64,000 nucleotides of DNA, taken from the NCBI GenBank assembly GCA_963665115.1, contig OY762007.1, forward strand, positions 4,864,001 through 4,928,000. Direction: 5' to 3'. The notes beneath the pieces were generated by a model. It made no database searches. It saw only the letters and a list, made by a program, of their open reading frames with translations, and was not told where the DNA came from. Position numbers and translations under genes: made by a program. This DNA is from an uncultured Rivularia sp. (GTDB lineage Bacteria > Cyanobacteriota > Cyanobacteriia > Cyanobacteriales > Nostocaceae). This document shows, piece by piece, positions 29,373 through 40,522 of this stretch; the first letter of the stretch is position 1; every line of letters starts with the position of its first letter.

Positions 29373-30806
29373 TCAAAGCGTACCAAAACCTTTTTTCTTC
29401 TTAGCTTTTTTCGGCTTCTTTTTACTGCCAGCATTTCCAGCAGCCATTGGATTTCCGCCGCCACCAAACATTCCGCCTCCTCCTGGCATCCCTGGGAAGT
29501 TACCTTGTCCCATTTGCTGCATCATGCTTCGCATTTTCTGGAAGTCGCTCACCAGTTTGCTGACATCTTTTTCTCTATACTTAGGTTCACCGCATCCCTT
29601 TGCAATCCGTCGCCTTCTACTGGGAGAACTCGCTAATAAATCCGGATTTTTGCGTTCTTCCGGAGTCATGGAATTAATCATCGTCTCGGAGCGTTTAAGC
29701 TGAGATTGCCCTTGCTCTAGTTGTTCGTTGGAAATTTTGTTCATCCCTGGAATCATCTTCATGATGCCTCCGAGGGAACCCATATTTTTCAACAGACGCA
29801 GTTGTTTGAGAAAATCGGTAAAATCAAACTGTGCCGACAGCATTTTCTCTGTCATTTTTTCGGCATCGCCGATGTCAAATTCTTCCTGGGCTTTTTCTAC
29901 CAGAGTTAAGACATCTCCCATCCCCAAAATCCGTGATGCCATTCTATCGGGATAAAAGGGCTGTAGGGCTTCGACTTTTTCACCTACACCAACAAACTTA
30001 ATTGGCGCACCGGAAATTCTCCGCACCGACAACGCCGCACCACCACGGCTATCACCATCTAACTTAGTTAAAATTGCACCGCTAATACCAATTTTATCGT
30101 GGAAAGTACGGGTCAAGTTTGCTGCTTCTTGACCAGTCATTGCATCCACTACCAGCAGCGTTTCGTGGGGCTGCACGGCTTGTTTAACATTGGCTAATTC
30201 CGCCATCATGTTTTCGTCAATTTGCAGACGACCGGCGGTATCAATAATTACGGTATCGATTCCTTCCGCCTTTGCACGTTCCACACCTTGACGGGCAATC
30301 TCAACTGGGTTTGCGTCGCTTCCCAGTTCAAATACCGGCACGTCAATTTGTTTACCTAAAGTTATTAATTGGTCGATCGCAGCAGGACGATAAACGTCTG
30401 TCGCCACCATCAAACAATTGCGTTCTAATTTTCTGAGGTGTAATGCTAACTTAGCCGTAGCGGTAGTTTTACCAGTACCTTGCAAACCAGCCATTAAAAC
30501 AATAGTTGGTGATTCTTCGGCTTGCACGAGGGGGACATTAGTTTCCCCCATCACATTTACTAATTCATCATGAACAATTTTGATAAACTGCTCGCCAGGA
30601 CGTACTCCATTCAATACCTCAGCACCTTGTGCTTTGGTTTCAACTTCGCTAATAAATTCTTTAATTACTTGGAGGTTGACATCCGCTTCCAACAAGGAGC
30701 GACGTACTTCCCGCAAAGCTTCCTGAATATTGGATTGGGAAATTTTACCTTGTCCCCGGAGCTTTTTCCAGGTAGATTCTAAACGGTCGGCTAGTGCGTC
30801 AAACAT
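29373..30806 (-). CDS. ffh: Signal recognition particle protein
   Basis: GLQGTGKTT, DTAGRLQ, TKLDGDSRGGAALS motifs and an M domain. Confidence 0.98.
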   Translation of the reverse strand: MFDALADRLESTWKKLRGQGKISQSNIQEALREVRRSLLEADVNLQVIKEFISEVETKAQGAEVLNGVRPGEQFIKIVHDELVNVMGETNVPLVQAEESPTIVLMAGLQGTGKTTATAKLALHLRKLERNCLMVATDVYRPAAIDQLITLGKQIDVPVFELGSDANPVEIARQGVERAKAEGIDTVIIDTAGRLQIDENMMAELANVKQAVQPHETLLVVDAMTGQEAANLTRTFHDKIGISGAILTKLDGDSRGGAALSVRRISGAPIKFVGVGEKVEALQPFYPDRMASRILGMGDVLTLVEKAQEEFDIGDAEKMTEKMLSAQFDFTDFLKQLRLLKNMGSLGGIMKMIPGMNKISNEQLEQGQSQLKRSETMINSMTPEERKNPDLLASSPSRRRRIAKGCGEPKYREKDVSKLVSDFQKMRSMMQQMGQGNFPGMPGGGGMFGGGGNPMAAGNAGSKKKPKKAKKKKGFGTL

Positions 30807-31001
30807 AATTCAGTTACTATTACTCAGCCAGCAAAGTATTTAAGCGTTATCTACCAGCTTAATAGTTTTTAACTGGTAAAAGCTAGCGGTAGGCAGCCAT
30901 TACTACTTGTATGGTGAGGGACTTACGCAAAGCTCCCCTTTTCTAAGGGGAGCCACTGCATTATATTTGATAACTATTTAAAGCCCTATCAAGTTCAAAC
31001 C

Positions 31002-32675
31002 TTAAACTTTTGCTTGAGAAAACATTGCTTTAGTTGCTGATTCTCCTGCTAATCTAACCTGCTTGATTAAATGCCGATTCAATAATCCTAAAATAACTAG
31101 TTGGCAAAGAAAAGCAATAAAAATGCTGGTAACTGTAGACTGCTCGACAGTAAACCAGAAAGCAACCGTGAATAGCCACAAAATATTTTCTGGTTGAATG
31201 TTTAGAATAGCAAAAACTATTATTGGTGAAATAATTATTGCACTTGTAGTTCCCATTGCCCATAAAGTGCGCTTAGAGTTTTTCAGCATCAACATGATTT
31301 GAGCAATAGTAGCGTAAATCGTGATTAAACTGACAAAAACTAATAAGGTACTCAAAATCCATAGAATTGTCTTGCTTGAATTTGAGTTATCAATATTTGC
31401 TTTTAAAAATAGTACAACAAAGGCACTTGCAGCAATTGATAGATCGATCGCGATTGCTAAAATAGCTGGGCTTTTCTCACCGAACATTAATTCTGAAAGT
31501 ATAGACTTTTTAGATGCATCCTTCTGATATCGAAATCGCGCCCAGTCTTGTATCGCTTGACGATGAGGTAACAAAAGAGCAAAAAATGGCACAATCAAAA
31601 ACAGATTCCATGCATATAAACTGAGGATACCCTCATACAAGCCGTTCCAGCGAGTATAATCTTCGGAAACATAAAATCCTAAAATCATTACCTCAAAACT
31701 TGCAACAATCAAATAACTTTGCTGTTTACTGATAATCGTTGCATTAGGATTGCGAAAACAACGTTTTAATCCTTGCCAAGCCCAATATGTCCAGAGAGCG
31801 TAATTTAATAAATGTATTCCTACTACACCAACAAAACTTTTCCCCAGAGCGAAATTAAAAAACTCTAAATCTTGTAGTGCTGAATTTGAATTAGACAGGT
31901 TTGGAAAAAGATAATTAGCTATATCCGTAGGGCTAAATAATCTAAAAAAAGCAATGTAACTGTGATAATTACCTGCGAAAGTTATAGGCACGTTTATCCA
32001 CAAAAATAGTAGAACTAAACCACTACCTAACCAAGGCTTAAAACCACTAAACGCAGAACCACCGAATATACCAAATAATGAGGCAAGACTGTAGAAGAAA
32101 ATACAGCTAGCTGAAAGCATTAAGTAGAAACAGAATATATTACCCAAGGAAGTATTTCCACTTATTCCAGTCAAAATATGAAAAGGAATTGCGGCGATAA
32201 CTGCTAGATAAATTAAAGCTGGAACACCTAATATTTTTCCAGCAAAGATACTTGTTTCCGACTGCGGACTGAGGCGAATAAAATTCAGAGTACCTTTACG
32301 TTCTTCTTGTGATAAATCGTTAACTATTAAGTAAGTTCCCGCTACCAACAGCGTGAAAATAAAAATCATGCTGAGCGTTATAAATATATATCCAAAATGG
32401 TCTTGCCACCACAATTGAATATCAATTTGATTTGTAGGACATCTCTCATAGCTGTAATTGTTTTGAGAGTTTAATTTGCAATATTTATCATTGATATAAA
32501 CATTGCTATTACTACTTAAATTAGGAGCCTGTATGAAGTGGATTAGGAATAATATAAACTGAGTTGCAAAAGATGTTACTAAAGCTATAATTACGGGAAA
32601 CTTTTTGAGACGACCTTTTAATTCCCTAAAAAGTTGTGGGTTCCATTCACCGACTTTATCGATTAAGTTAAACAT
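31002..32675 (-). CDS. ABC-2 type permease-like membrane protein, paralog 2
   Basis: WNPQLFRELKGR, EERKGTLNFIRLSPQS, GKILGVP motifs; multiple TM helices. Confidence 0.85.
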   Translation of the reverse strand: MFNLIDKVGEWNPQLFRELKGRLKKFPVIIALVTSFATQFILFLIHFIQAPNLSSNSNVYINDKYCKLNSQNNYSYERCPTNQIDIQLWWQDHFGYIFITLSMIFIFTLLVAGTYLIVNDLSQEERKGTLNFIRLSPQSETSIFAGKILGVPALIYLAVIAAIPFHILTGISGNTSLGNIFCFYLMLSASCIFFYSLASLFGIFGGSAFSGFKPWLGSGLVLLFLWINVPITFAGNYHSYIAFFRLFSPTDIANYLFPNLSNSNSALQDLEFFNFALGKSFVGVVGIHLLNYALWTYWAWQGLKRCFRNPNATIISKQQSYLIVASFEVMILGFYVSEDYTRWNGLYEGILSLYAWNLFLIVPFFALLLPHRQAIQDWARFRYQKDASKKSILSELMFGEKSPAILAIAIDLSIAASAFVVLFLKANIDNSNSSKTILWILSTLLVFVSLITIYATIAQIMLMLKNSKRTLWAMGTTSAIIISPIIVFAILNIQPENILWLFTVAFWFTVEQSTVTSIFIAFLCQLVILGLLNRHLIKQVRLAGESATKAMFSQAKV

Positions 32676-32800
32676 TTTATTAATTAGTTAAGAGTTAGGG
32701 ATGAGGAGTTAGAAGTTGGACTTCAAAGCCTCCAGATAATTTGTAGGAGTAAGAAGAAAACGCAATTAAAACTGAAAAAATTAATTGCGAGATTTTAATC

Positions 32801-34519
32801 CTAAACTTTCGCTTGAGAAAACATTGCTTTAGTAGCAGATTCTCCGGCCAATCTAACTTGCTTGATTAAATACCAATTCAACAATCCTAAAATAACTACT
32901 TGGCAAGCAAAAGCAGCAAATATTTCAGGAAATGTACAGTACTCAGCAGCGAACCAGAAAGCAACAGTGAATAGCCCAAAAATATTCTCGGGTTGAATGT
33001 TTAGAAACCCTGAGACTAATATCGGTAAAATGATTAATGCGCTTGTTGTACCCGCAGCCCATAAAACACGTTTAGAGTTTTTCAACATCAGCATGATTTG
33101 AGCAACTGTAGCGTAAATCATTATCAAACTTACAAAGACTAACAAGGTACCCAATAGTTTTGAAAAGTTTTCGGTGCTATGTAAGGTATCAATATTTGTC
33201 TCAAAAAATAGTATAACAACTGCACTTGCTGCAATTATTAAATTGATTGCTATTGCTAATATAGCCGGACTTTTTTCGCCGCCGATTAATTCTGACAGTA
33301 AAGATTTTTTGGAATAATCTGTTTTATGCTCCTCTTTATGGAATCGAAATCTTGCCCAATCTTGTATCGCTTGCCTCGGAGTTAACATCAGAGCAAATAA
33401 CGGCACAATTAAACACATATTCCATAAAAATAAAACAAACATATTTCCAGAAAACTGCCTCCAATAGCTACGATATTCGGAATAATTATAATCAATGGAA
33501 ACAAATAATCCGATAAGTACTATTTGAAAACAGGTGAAAATTAAGTAACTTTGCTGTTTGCTAAAAATCGTTGCATTAGGATTACGAAAACAACGTTTTA
33601 ATCCTTGCCAAGCCCAATATGTCCATAATGCGTAATTCGATAAATGTAGCGCAATTACACCAATAAAACTTTTTCCTACAGCAAAATTGAAGAACTTTAA
33701 TTCTTGTAATGCTGGAGTTTGAGAATTAAGAAAACCAGGAAAAAAATAATCAGCTATAGTCGTAGGGCTAAGTAATGCAGCAAAACCCATAAAGTTTACT
33801 AAGTCAGAATCCCTACTCTTGAACAATTCTGCTGATAAAAATAAAACTAGAAAAACGAAACCACTACCCAACCAGGGTTTAAAACCGCTCAATGCTGAAC
33901 CACCGAACACACCAAATAATAAAGCATAGCTATAAAAGGCAATACAGCTAGCAACAAGAATCAAATAAAAGCATAAAATATTGCCAAAAGGAAGATTCCC
34001 ATTTATTCCTGTCAATATATGAAAAGGAATTGCAGCTAGAACTACCAGATAAATTAAAACTGGAACTCCTAACATCTTTCCACTAAATATAGTAGTTTCT
34101 GATTGCGGACTTAGACGAATAAAATTTAGAGTACCTTTACGTTCTTCTTGAGATAAATCGTTAATTATCAAGTAAGCTCCTGCAACCAACAGCGTGAAAA
34201 GAAAAATCGCGCTGAGTGACAAGAACATATATTTCCAATGTTCTTGCCACCACAACTGCATATTAATTTGGTTGGGAGGGCAAGATACCATATTTCGATA
34301 TTCCTTTTTAAAACCCAATTTGCAAAATTTATCAAGAATATAAATATCAGTTTTACTCTCTAAATCGGGAATTTCTCGTAATTGATATAGAAATATTACT
34401 AATTGAGTAGCTAGAGATGTTACAAACGCGATAATAACGGGAAACGGCTTCAAACGACCTTTTAATTCTCGAAAAAGCTGTGGATTCCAATCGCCAATTT
34501 TATCAATTGAAGTAAGCAT
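32801..34519 (-). CDS. ABC-2 type permease-like membrane protein, paralog 1
   Basis: Same motifs as the neighbour; identical C-terminus LIKQVRLAGESATKAMFSQAKV. Confidence 0.85.
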   Translation of the reverse strand: MLTSIDKIGDWNPQLFRELKGRLKPFPVIIAFVTSLATQLVIFLYQLREIPDLESKTDIYILDKFCKLGFKKEYRNMVSCPPNQINMQLWWQEHWKYMFLSLSAIFLFTLLVAGAYLIINDLSQEERKGTLNFIRLSPQSETTIFSGKMLGVPVLIYLVVLAAIPFHILTGINGNLPFGNILCFYLILVASCIAFYSYALLFGVFGGSALSGFKPWLGSGFVFLVLFLSAELFKSRDSDLVNFMGFAALLSPTTIADYFFPGFLNSQTPALQELKFFNFAVGKSFIGVIALHLSNYALWTYWAWQGLKRCFRNPNATIFSKQQSYLIFTCFQIVLIGLFVSIDYNYSEYRSYWRQFSGNMFVLFLWNMCLIVPLFALMLTPRQAIQDWARFRFHKEEHKTDYSKKSLLSELIGGEKSPAILAIAINLIIAASAVVILFFETNIDTLHSTENFSKLLGTLLVFVSLIMIYATVAQIMLMLKNSKRVLWAAGTTSALIILPILVSGFLNIQPENIFGLFTVAFWFAAEYCTFPEIFAAFACQVVILGLLNWYLIKQVRLAGESATKAMFSQAKV

Positions 34520-34631
34520 GGTATTAGATAGTTGATAGTTGATAGTTGTTAGTTGATAGTAATGAGGAATTAGGAGTTAGGAGTTATTATTTAACCTTTG
34601 ACCTCTAACCTTTAACCTTTGACCTTTAAAC

Positions 34632-35582
34632 TTAAGAAGCTTGTTTGTGTCCGAGTTTGAGGAAAATACTTTCTAAATCTTCTTGGGTACAGTGAAATTC
34701 ACTTAAAGGGATTCCGGCGGTGACAAGAGAACGCAATAAATCGGCTGAGTCTTTTTCTTCCCCAGTAAAGTTGATTTTGACGCTATTTTTATTTGCTAAT
34801 ACTTCCCACTCTTCAACCAAAGGATTATTTTTCAGTTCGCTTAATAGCGCTTCCTGTTTTCCTAAAGTTGAAATCACTATCTGCTGGGTAGCGCAACTTT
34901 TATAAAGTTCTTCGAGTGAAGTACTTTCAACTAAAAATCCGAGTTCCATAATTCCCACCGAAGTACATAATTCGGCTAAATCGCTCAAAACATGGGAGGA
35001 AATCAAAATTGTCATTCCCGCTTCCTGCAATACTTTGATGATTTCCCGAAACTGCATTCTAGCAATGGGATCGAGTCCGGAAACTGGTTCGTCGAGCAGC
35101 AGTATAATTGGCTCGTGAATAATCGTTCGAGCCAAACACAGCCGCTGTTTCATCCCCCTTGATAGAGTTGAAATTAAACTATTACGCTTATTTTCTAGTT
35201 GGATTAACTCTAAAACTTCATGTAATCGTTTAGTACGCTTGGGTTCTTTGAGAAGATATAACCGAGCGAAATAATCCAGATAATCCCAAACAGTTAGCTC
35301 CTTATATAAAGGATAGTCATCCGGTAAATAACCCAAACGACGCTTCAGGGTTGGATTTGTTTTATCCCGACGCAGGCGATCGCCATTTAAATAAATTTCT
35401 CCTGCGGTTGGTTCCTCCGCTGCTGCTAACATCCGAATCAGCGATGTTTTCCCAGCGCCGTTTGGTCCGATGAGTCCGTAAACCTCACCTTCACCTATTT
35501 CTAAATCAATATTGTTAACGGCTATATGTTTGTCAAATTGTTTATATAGCCCACTGGTGCGAATTGCTAATTCTTTGACCAT
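34632..35582 (-). CDS. ABC transporter ATP-binding protein
   Basis: GPNGAGKTS, LSRGMKQR, LLLDEPVSGLD and SSH motifs. Confidence 0.93.
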   Translation of the reverse strand: MVKELAIRTSGLYKQFDKHIAVNNIDLEIGEGEVYGLIGPNGAGKTSLIRMLAAAEEPTAGEIYLNGDRLRRDKTNPTLKRRLGYLPDDYPLYKELTVWDYLDYFARLYLLKEPKRTKRLHEVLELIQLENKRNSLISTLSRGMKQRLCLARTIIHEPIILLLDEPVSGLDPIARMQFREIIKVLQEAGMTILISSHVLSDLAELCTSVGIMELGFLVESTSLEELYKSCATQQIVISTLGKQEALLSELKNNPLVEEWEVLANKNSVKINFTGEEKDSADLLRSLVTAGIPLSEFHCTQEDLESIFLKLGHKQAS

Positions 35583-35953
35583 TATTTTTAACGTCAGATT
35601 TATTGTTTATCAACTAACTTAACTGTTCCCTACAGCTTTGACATGAGTGATTTCGAGGATTAATAATTATTTTTTCTTAAATTTTTCCTAAAACTTCAAT
35701 TTTTCACTGTATTTACTTCTTAAAACTGAAAAATATAAATCCTGTTTAACTCGAAAGTATTTTCTGTTTTTAATAAATAATATTAAGTTAATTTAAGTTA
35801 AATAAACATATTCTGATATTCAACAACAATATTTCAATATCACTGCGACTTGCTATTAGTCGAAATAAAAAGGGACAACACCACTCTACAAATAGGTACA
35901 GTTGCCCGGTATGATATTAAATCTGCCCAATTTAACAAATATGTAAAAACACT

Positions 35954-37039
35954 ATGACCCAGAACTACCGCATTACCTTACTTCCCGGCGATGGCATTGG
36001 TCCCGAAATCATGGCAGTAGCGGTAAATGTACTCAAAGTCGTAGGAAAGAAGTTTGATATACAGTTTGAATTTCAAGAAGCCTTAATTGGTGGTGCGGCA
36101 ATAGATGCAACTGGCGAACCTTTACCGGAAGCGACATTAAACAGTTGTCGCGGTAGCGATGCAGTTTTACTCGCTGCGATCGGTGGTTATAAATGGGATG
36201 AATTACCATCCGATAAACGTCCCGAAGCAGGTTTATTAGGATTGCGTGCTGGTTTAGAATTATTTGCAAATTTACGTCCGGCAAAAATCATACCCCAGTT
36301 AATTGACGCTTCAACTCTCAAAAAAGAAGTTGTAGAAGGCGTTGATATTATGGTGGTGCGCGAATTGACTGGTGGAATCTATTTTGGTAAACCCAAAGGA
36401 GTTTTTGAAACGGAAACTGGCGAAAAGCGTGGAATAAATACAATGGCGTATACTGAAGCGGAAATTGAACGCATTGGTAAAGTCGCTTTTGACGCAGCCC
36501 GCAAACGAGGAGGAAAACTCTGTTCTGTAGATAAAGCCAACGTTTTGGAAGTATCTCAACTGTGGCGCAGCAAAATTACCAAACTGGCTGAAGAATACCA
36601 AGATGTAGAATTAAGCCACCTTTATGTAGATAATGCTGCCATGCAGCTACTACGCGCTCCCAAACAGTTTGATACTATCGTTACCGGCAACTTATTCGGC
36701 GATATTCTTTCCGATGCGGCAGCCATGCTTACCGGCAGTATTGGTATGTTACCATCTGCTAGTCTAGGAGCAAATGCACCAGGAGTATTTGAACCAGTTC
36801 ATGGTTCAGCCCCTGATATTGCCCGACAAGATAAAGCCAATCCTTTAGCACAAATCTTGAGTGCAGCAATGATGCTACGCTACGGTTTAAACCAAGCGGA
36901 TGCAGCAGACTACATCGAAAAGGCAGTGTTTCAAGTATTACAGACAGGTTTCCGTACCGGAGATATTATGTCCGAAGGAATGAATCATGTGGGTTGCCAA
37001 GCTATGGGTGAAGCACTGATTCAAGCTTTAGAAAAGTAA
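35954..37039 (+). CDS. leuB: 3-isopropylmalate dehydrogenase
   Basis: [35 protein letters not shown] and [11 protein letters not shown] motifs. Confidence 0.98.
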   Translation: MTQNYRITLLPGDGIGPEIMAVAVNVLKVVGKKFDIQFEFQEALIGGAAIDATGEPLPEATLNSCRGSDAVLLAAIGGYKWDELPSDKRPEAGLLGLRAGLELFANLRPAKIIPQLIDASTLKKEVVEGVDIMVVRELTGGIYFGKPKGVFETETGEKRGINTMAYTEAEIERIGKVAFDAARKRGGKLCSVDKANVLEVSQLWRSKITKLAEEYQDVELSHLYVDNAAMQLLRAPKQFDTIVTGNLFGDILSDAAAMLTGSIGMLPSASLGANAPGVFEPVHGSAPDIARQDKANPLAQILSAAMMLRYGLNQADAADYIEKAVFQVLQTGFRTGDIMSEGMNHVGCQAMGEALIQALEK

Positions 37040-37173
37040 TTAGAAAAATAATTACCAAAATAATTAGGAAAATAACTAATTTTCTAATTTCCGTCGGAAT
37101 CAATTAGTCTCCCATTACCGGAAACTTTTGGATAAACTTAATTGCAAACCTAGTCATAAAACAAAAGTAATTC

Positions 37174-37434
37174 GTGTACGCATTACGACAAGGGCAAGAA
37201 AATTTTACAAATCCCGTAACGCAATCTCCGTTGATTGACTCTTCTATCATCAGAGCGGCGGGCCAAATTTACTATACATACTGCGAAGTGCATCCAGAAA
37301 TCGCTGGACAACCTTCAGGAGTAGCGATTAATCGCGGCAATCATCGAGGAAAAGTAATTTTTACACAACAACCAGTTCTTTTACCCCAAGAGTGTTTCGT
37401 TCCATTGAATCAAATCGAATCTCATATGTATTAA
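37174..37434 (+). CDS. Conserved cyanobacterial hypothetical protein
   Basis: 86 aa between leuB and pilD; PSGVAIN...RGKVIF..PVLLPQECF. Confidence 0.7.
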   Translation: MYALRQGQENFTNPVTQSPLIDSSIIRAAGQIYYTYCEVHPEIAGQPSGVAINRGNHRGKVIFTQQPVLLPQECFVPLNQIESHMY

Positions 37435-37624
37435 GAGTTAGTTGTTAGTGGTTAGTGGTTAGTTGTTAGGAGTTATCGGATTTTGGATCAAAAATTCTAC
37501 CCCCTCTACCCCCTCTACCCATTCCCAATTTTTCGTCAATCAAAGTTACGTACAATCCGGGTAATTACTAATTACTAATTAAGAATTACGAATTACTTTG
37601 GACGAATGATTTTGGGATAACTTG

Positions 37625-38452
37625 ATGGATGAGTGGATTGCCGTACCGGCAAGTTTGATTGTTTTCTTATTAGGTGCATCTATTGGCAGCTTTATCAACG
37701 TTGTAGTTTATCGATTACCAGCTGGTTTGTCGATTCTTCATCCTCCTTCCCGATGTCCCCGTTGCTTAAATCGGCTAAAAGCTTACGATAATGTTCCGGT
37801 ATTGGGTTGGCTGTGGTTGCGGGGGCGTTGTCGCTACTGTAAAAATAAAATCTCTCCTCGTTATCCAATTGTAGAAGCGGTTACGGGGATAATATTCGTA
37901 CTGGTTTTTGTAATATTTCAATTTTCGCCATTAACAATCGGTTATTGGCTATTTTGTAGCTGGTTATTAGCGCTATCTATAATTGACTTAGACACGATGA
38001 CACTACCTGGAGAACTTACAAAATCGGGTTTAATGTTGGGTATTTTGTTTCAAATGATATTAGGATTCACTTCAGAGTCTGGTTGGTTGGGATTAGTCAA
38101 TCAAATGATGCTAGCAATCGCAGCAGCAGTTTTAGGGCTATGGTTGTTTGATGGAATTGCCCGTATAGGTACGATTATTTTTCGCAAAGATGCAATGGGC
38201 GCAGGAGATGCCAAATTAGCAGCCATGATGGGAGCTTGGCTGGGTTGGAAATATTTGCTTTTAGCTAGCTTTATTGCTTGTATTGCCGGAGTTGCAGTAG
38301 AAAGTTCCGCCATTCTCCTAGCACAGAAAAACTTAAAAAGAAATAAACCCTTTCCTTTTGGTCCCTACTTAGCCCTGGGTTCGGCGATCGCCCTTTTTAG
38401 CGGTGAAGCAATTTTATCTACTTATTTACAATTATTTTTTCAAGGAAACTGA
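37625..38452 (+). CDS. pilD: Prepilin peptidase
   Basis: GSFINVVVYRLP, two CxxC pairs, IDLD, MGAGDAKL and PFGPYL motifs. Confidence 0.93.
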   Translation: MDEWIAVPASLIVFLLGASIGSFINVVVYRLPAGLSILHPPSRCPRCLNRLKAYDNVPVLGWLWLRGRCRYCKNKISPRYPIVEAVTGIIFVLVFVIFQFSPLTIGYWLFCSWLLALSIIDLDTMTLPGELTKSGLMLGILFQMILGFTSESGWLGLVNQMMLAIAAAVLGLWLFDGIARIGTIIFRKDAMGAGDAKLAAMMGAWLGWKYLLLASFIACIAGVAVESSAILLAQKNLKRNKPFPFGPYLALGSAIALFSGEAILSTYLQLFFQGN

Positions 38453-38467
38453 GTGAAAGGGGGAGAT

Positions 38468-38581
38468 TATTAAAGTAGTGAGTAATGAGTAGCGAGTAAA
38501 AATAGACGGGCAGAAGCAGCGATATTAAAGTAGTGAGTAATGAGTAGCGAGTAAAAATAGACGGGCAGAAGCAGCGATATT
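38468..38581. repeat. Exact 55-bp tandem duplication
   Basis: tattaaagtagtgagt...gcagaagcagcga at 38468 and again at 38523, followed by tatt. Confidence 0.85.
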
Positions 38582-38781
38582 TATGACATAAGCTTTTATG
38601 CACTTAATTTGTATAGTACCCTTCGTGCAAGATGCTTGTCCTGGCGGACAGGCTGCGTTAGCGGAGCGAGACGATAGTCTTAGGCAGCACTACGGTATTT
38701 TCAACTTTATGTCCTTCGGACACGCTGCGCTAATGCATTATACAATTTAGCTGCACATCAGCTTAATAATAAAAAGTGATT

Positions 38782-38880
38782 TACTTGCTACTCTCTACTT
38801 GCTACTTGCTACTTGCTACTCTCTACTTGCTACTTGCTACTTGCTACTTGCTACTCCCTACTCCCTACTCCCTACTCCTA
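38782..38880. repeat. STRR heptamer repeat (TACTTGC/TACTCCC)
   Basis: About 14 heptamers that switch type along the tract. Confidence 0.85.
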
Positions 38881-39312
38881 ACTGCTCGCTGGTAACTGTT
38901 CCCTGTTCCCTAATAGCTGTAAAATTCATTACGGGCTGCTGGACGCTGTTTTCGGACTTGCAAGTTATTGCCAGCAAACCGAGAAACTTTGTTTTTAGAT
39001 AATGTGTCTTGGAATATTTATCACAAGCATGAAGGGTTGCATCGTCCGTTGTGAACTGCATTACTGTTGAGTTGGTTATACAAACATATATTATAAGACT
39101 TGAATTGTTTTACATATTTTCGTTAAGCTGACAAGCACGGATGATTAACTCCTTGCCTCTATTGCTTAGAAAACATTGAGGAATAATATAAGTGTCTCGT
39201 ATGAAAAGTTATATATTTTTAATATTGTTTAACATTCATGCAAAAGACAGAATATAACATTCCCCGTATTCTTGACTAAATTTGACATATAATTCACTTG
39301 CATAAGATACAA

Positions 39313-40281
39313 ATGGCAAACAACGACGAAACACGCGGTTTTAAATCTTTATTTGATTGGTTTGCGAACCGACGTAAAACGGAATCTATTGGTGTTGAAC
39401 GTCAAGAACGTGAAATTGCTGATGGATTGTGGCACAAATGCACTAAATGTAGTGTATTGACCTATACGAAAGACTTGAAAGCAAATCTAATGGTTTGTAG
39501 CGAATGCGGACATCATAATCGAGTTAATAGCGATGAACGCATCCGTCAAATTGTAGATGCTAATACCTGGATGGAAATGGATGAACATTTGCTTCCTACA
39601 GATCCCTTGCAATTTCACGATCGCAAACCCTACAGCGATCGTTTGCGAGATATGCAACAAAAAACTGGTTTAACAGATGCTGTTAAAACGGGTTTGGGAG
39701 AAATAAATGGTTTACCTCTCGCTTTAGGTGTAATGGACTTCCGGTTCATCGGTGCTAGCATGGGTTCTGTTGTCGGAGAAAAGCTGACACGTTTAATCGA
39801 ACAAGCTACCCAGCGATGCTACCCTGTAATTATTATCTGTACTTCTGGTGGAGCCAGAATGCAGGAAGGATTGCTCTCTTTGATGCAGATGGCAAAAATT
39901 TCAGCAGCATTAGAACTTCATCGTCAACAAAAACTTCTCTACATTCCTGTCTTGACTAATCCTACAACTGGTGGAGTAACTGCAAGTTTTGCCATGTTGG
40001 GCGATATAATTTTGGCAGAGCCAAAAGCAACTATTGGTTTCGCAGGTAGACGAGTAATTGAACAAACCCTGCGAGAAAAATTGCCTGAAGATTTTCAAAG
40101 TGCGGAAGATTTACTCAAGCATGGCTTTGTAGATGACATCGTTCCCCGCACTCAATTAAAGAAAACTTTGACACAATTAATCGCTTTACATCAACCACCC
40201 TCAATGAGCGCAAATAACAGTTTAGTTGTATGGGAAACAACGAAAAACTTTAGCCACAGTGTTGTTAACAGCGAACAGTAG
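39313..40281 (+). CDS. accD: Acetyl-CoA carboxylase carboxyltransferase beta subunit
   Basis: C4 zinc finger, [29 protein letters not shown] and [11 protein letters not shown] motifs. Confidence 0.97.
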   Translation: MANNDETRGFKSLFDWFANRRKTESIGVERQEREIADGLWHKCTKCSVLTYTKDLKANLMVCSECGHHNRVNSDERIRQIVDANTWMEMDEHLLPTDPLQFHDRKPYSDRLRDMQQKTGLTDAVKTGLGEINGLPLALGVMDFRFIGASMGSVVGEKLTRLIEQATQRCYPVIIICTSGGARMQEGLLSLMQMAKISAALELHRQQKLLYIPVLTNPTTGGVTASFAMLGDIILAEPKATIGFAGRRVIEQTLREKLPEDFQSAEDLLKHGFVDDIVPRTQLKKTLTQLIALHQPPSMSANNSLVVWETTKNFSHSVVNSEQ

Positions 40282-40522
40282 TCAATCAACAAAGTAGTCA
40301 ATCAACAATGAACAATTATCAATTATCAAAGTTTTATAGACGCGATTGCTGATAATTTGATAATCCATAAATCTAGTTGGTACAAAAAATTAATAGAGAC
40401 GTAAGATTTTACGTCTCTACATCAAAAAAAAGATTTATCTGTTGTTTTACAGCTCGATATAAATTACCGTTGTGAACCTTGCAAGTGAATATTCTTCACT
40501 GTTCATTGATAATTGTTAACTG

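Noticed and set aside
38880..39300. Possible tRNA or ncRNA between pilD and accD
   Set aside because: No T-loop GTTC motif or cloverleaf could be built
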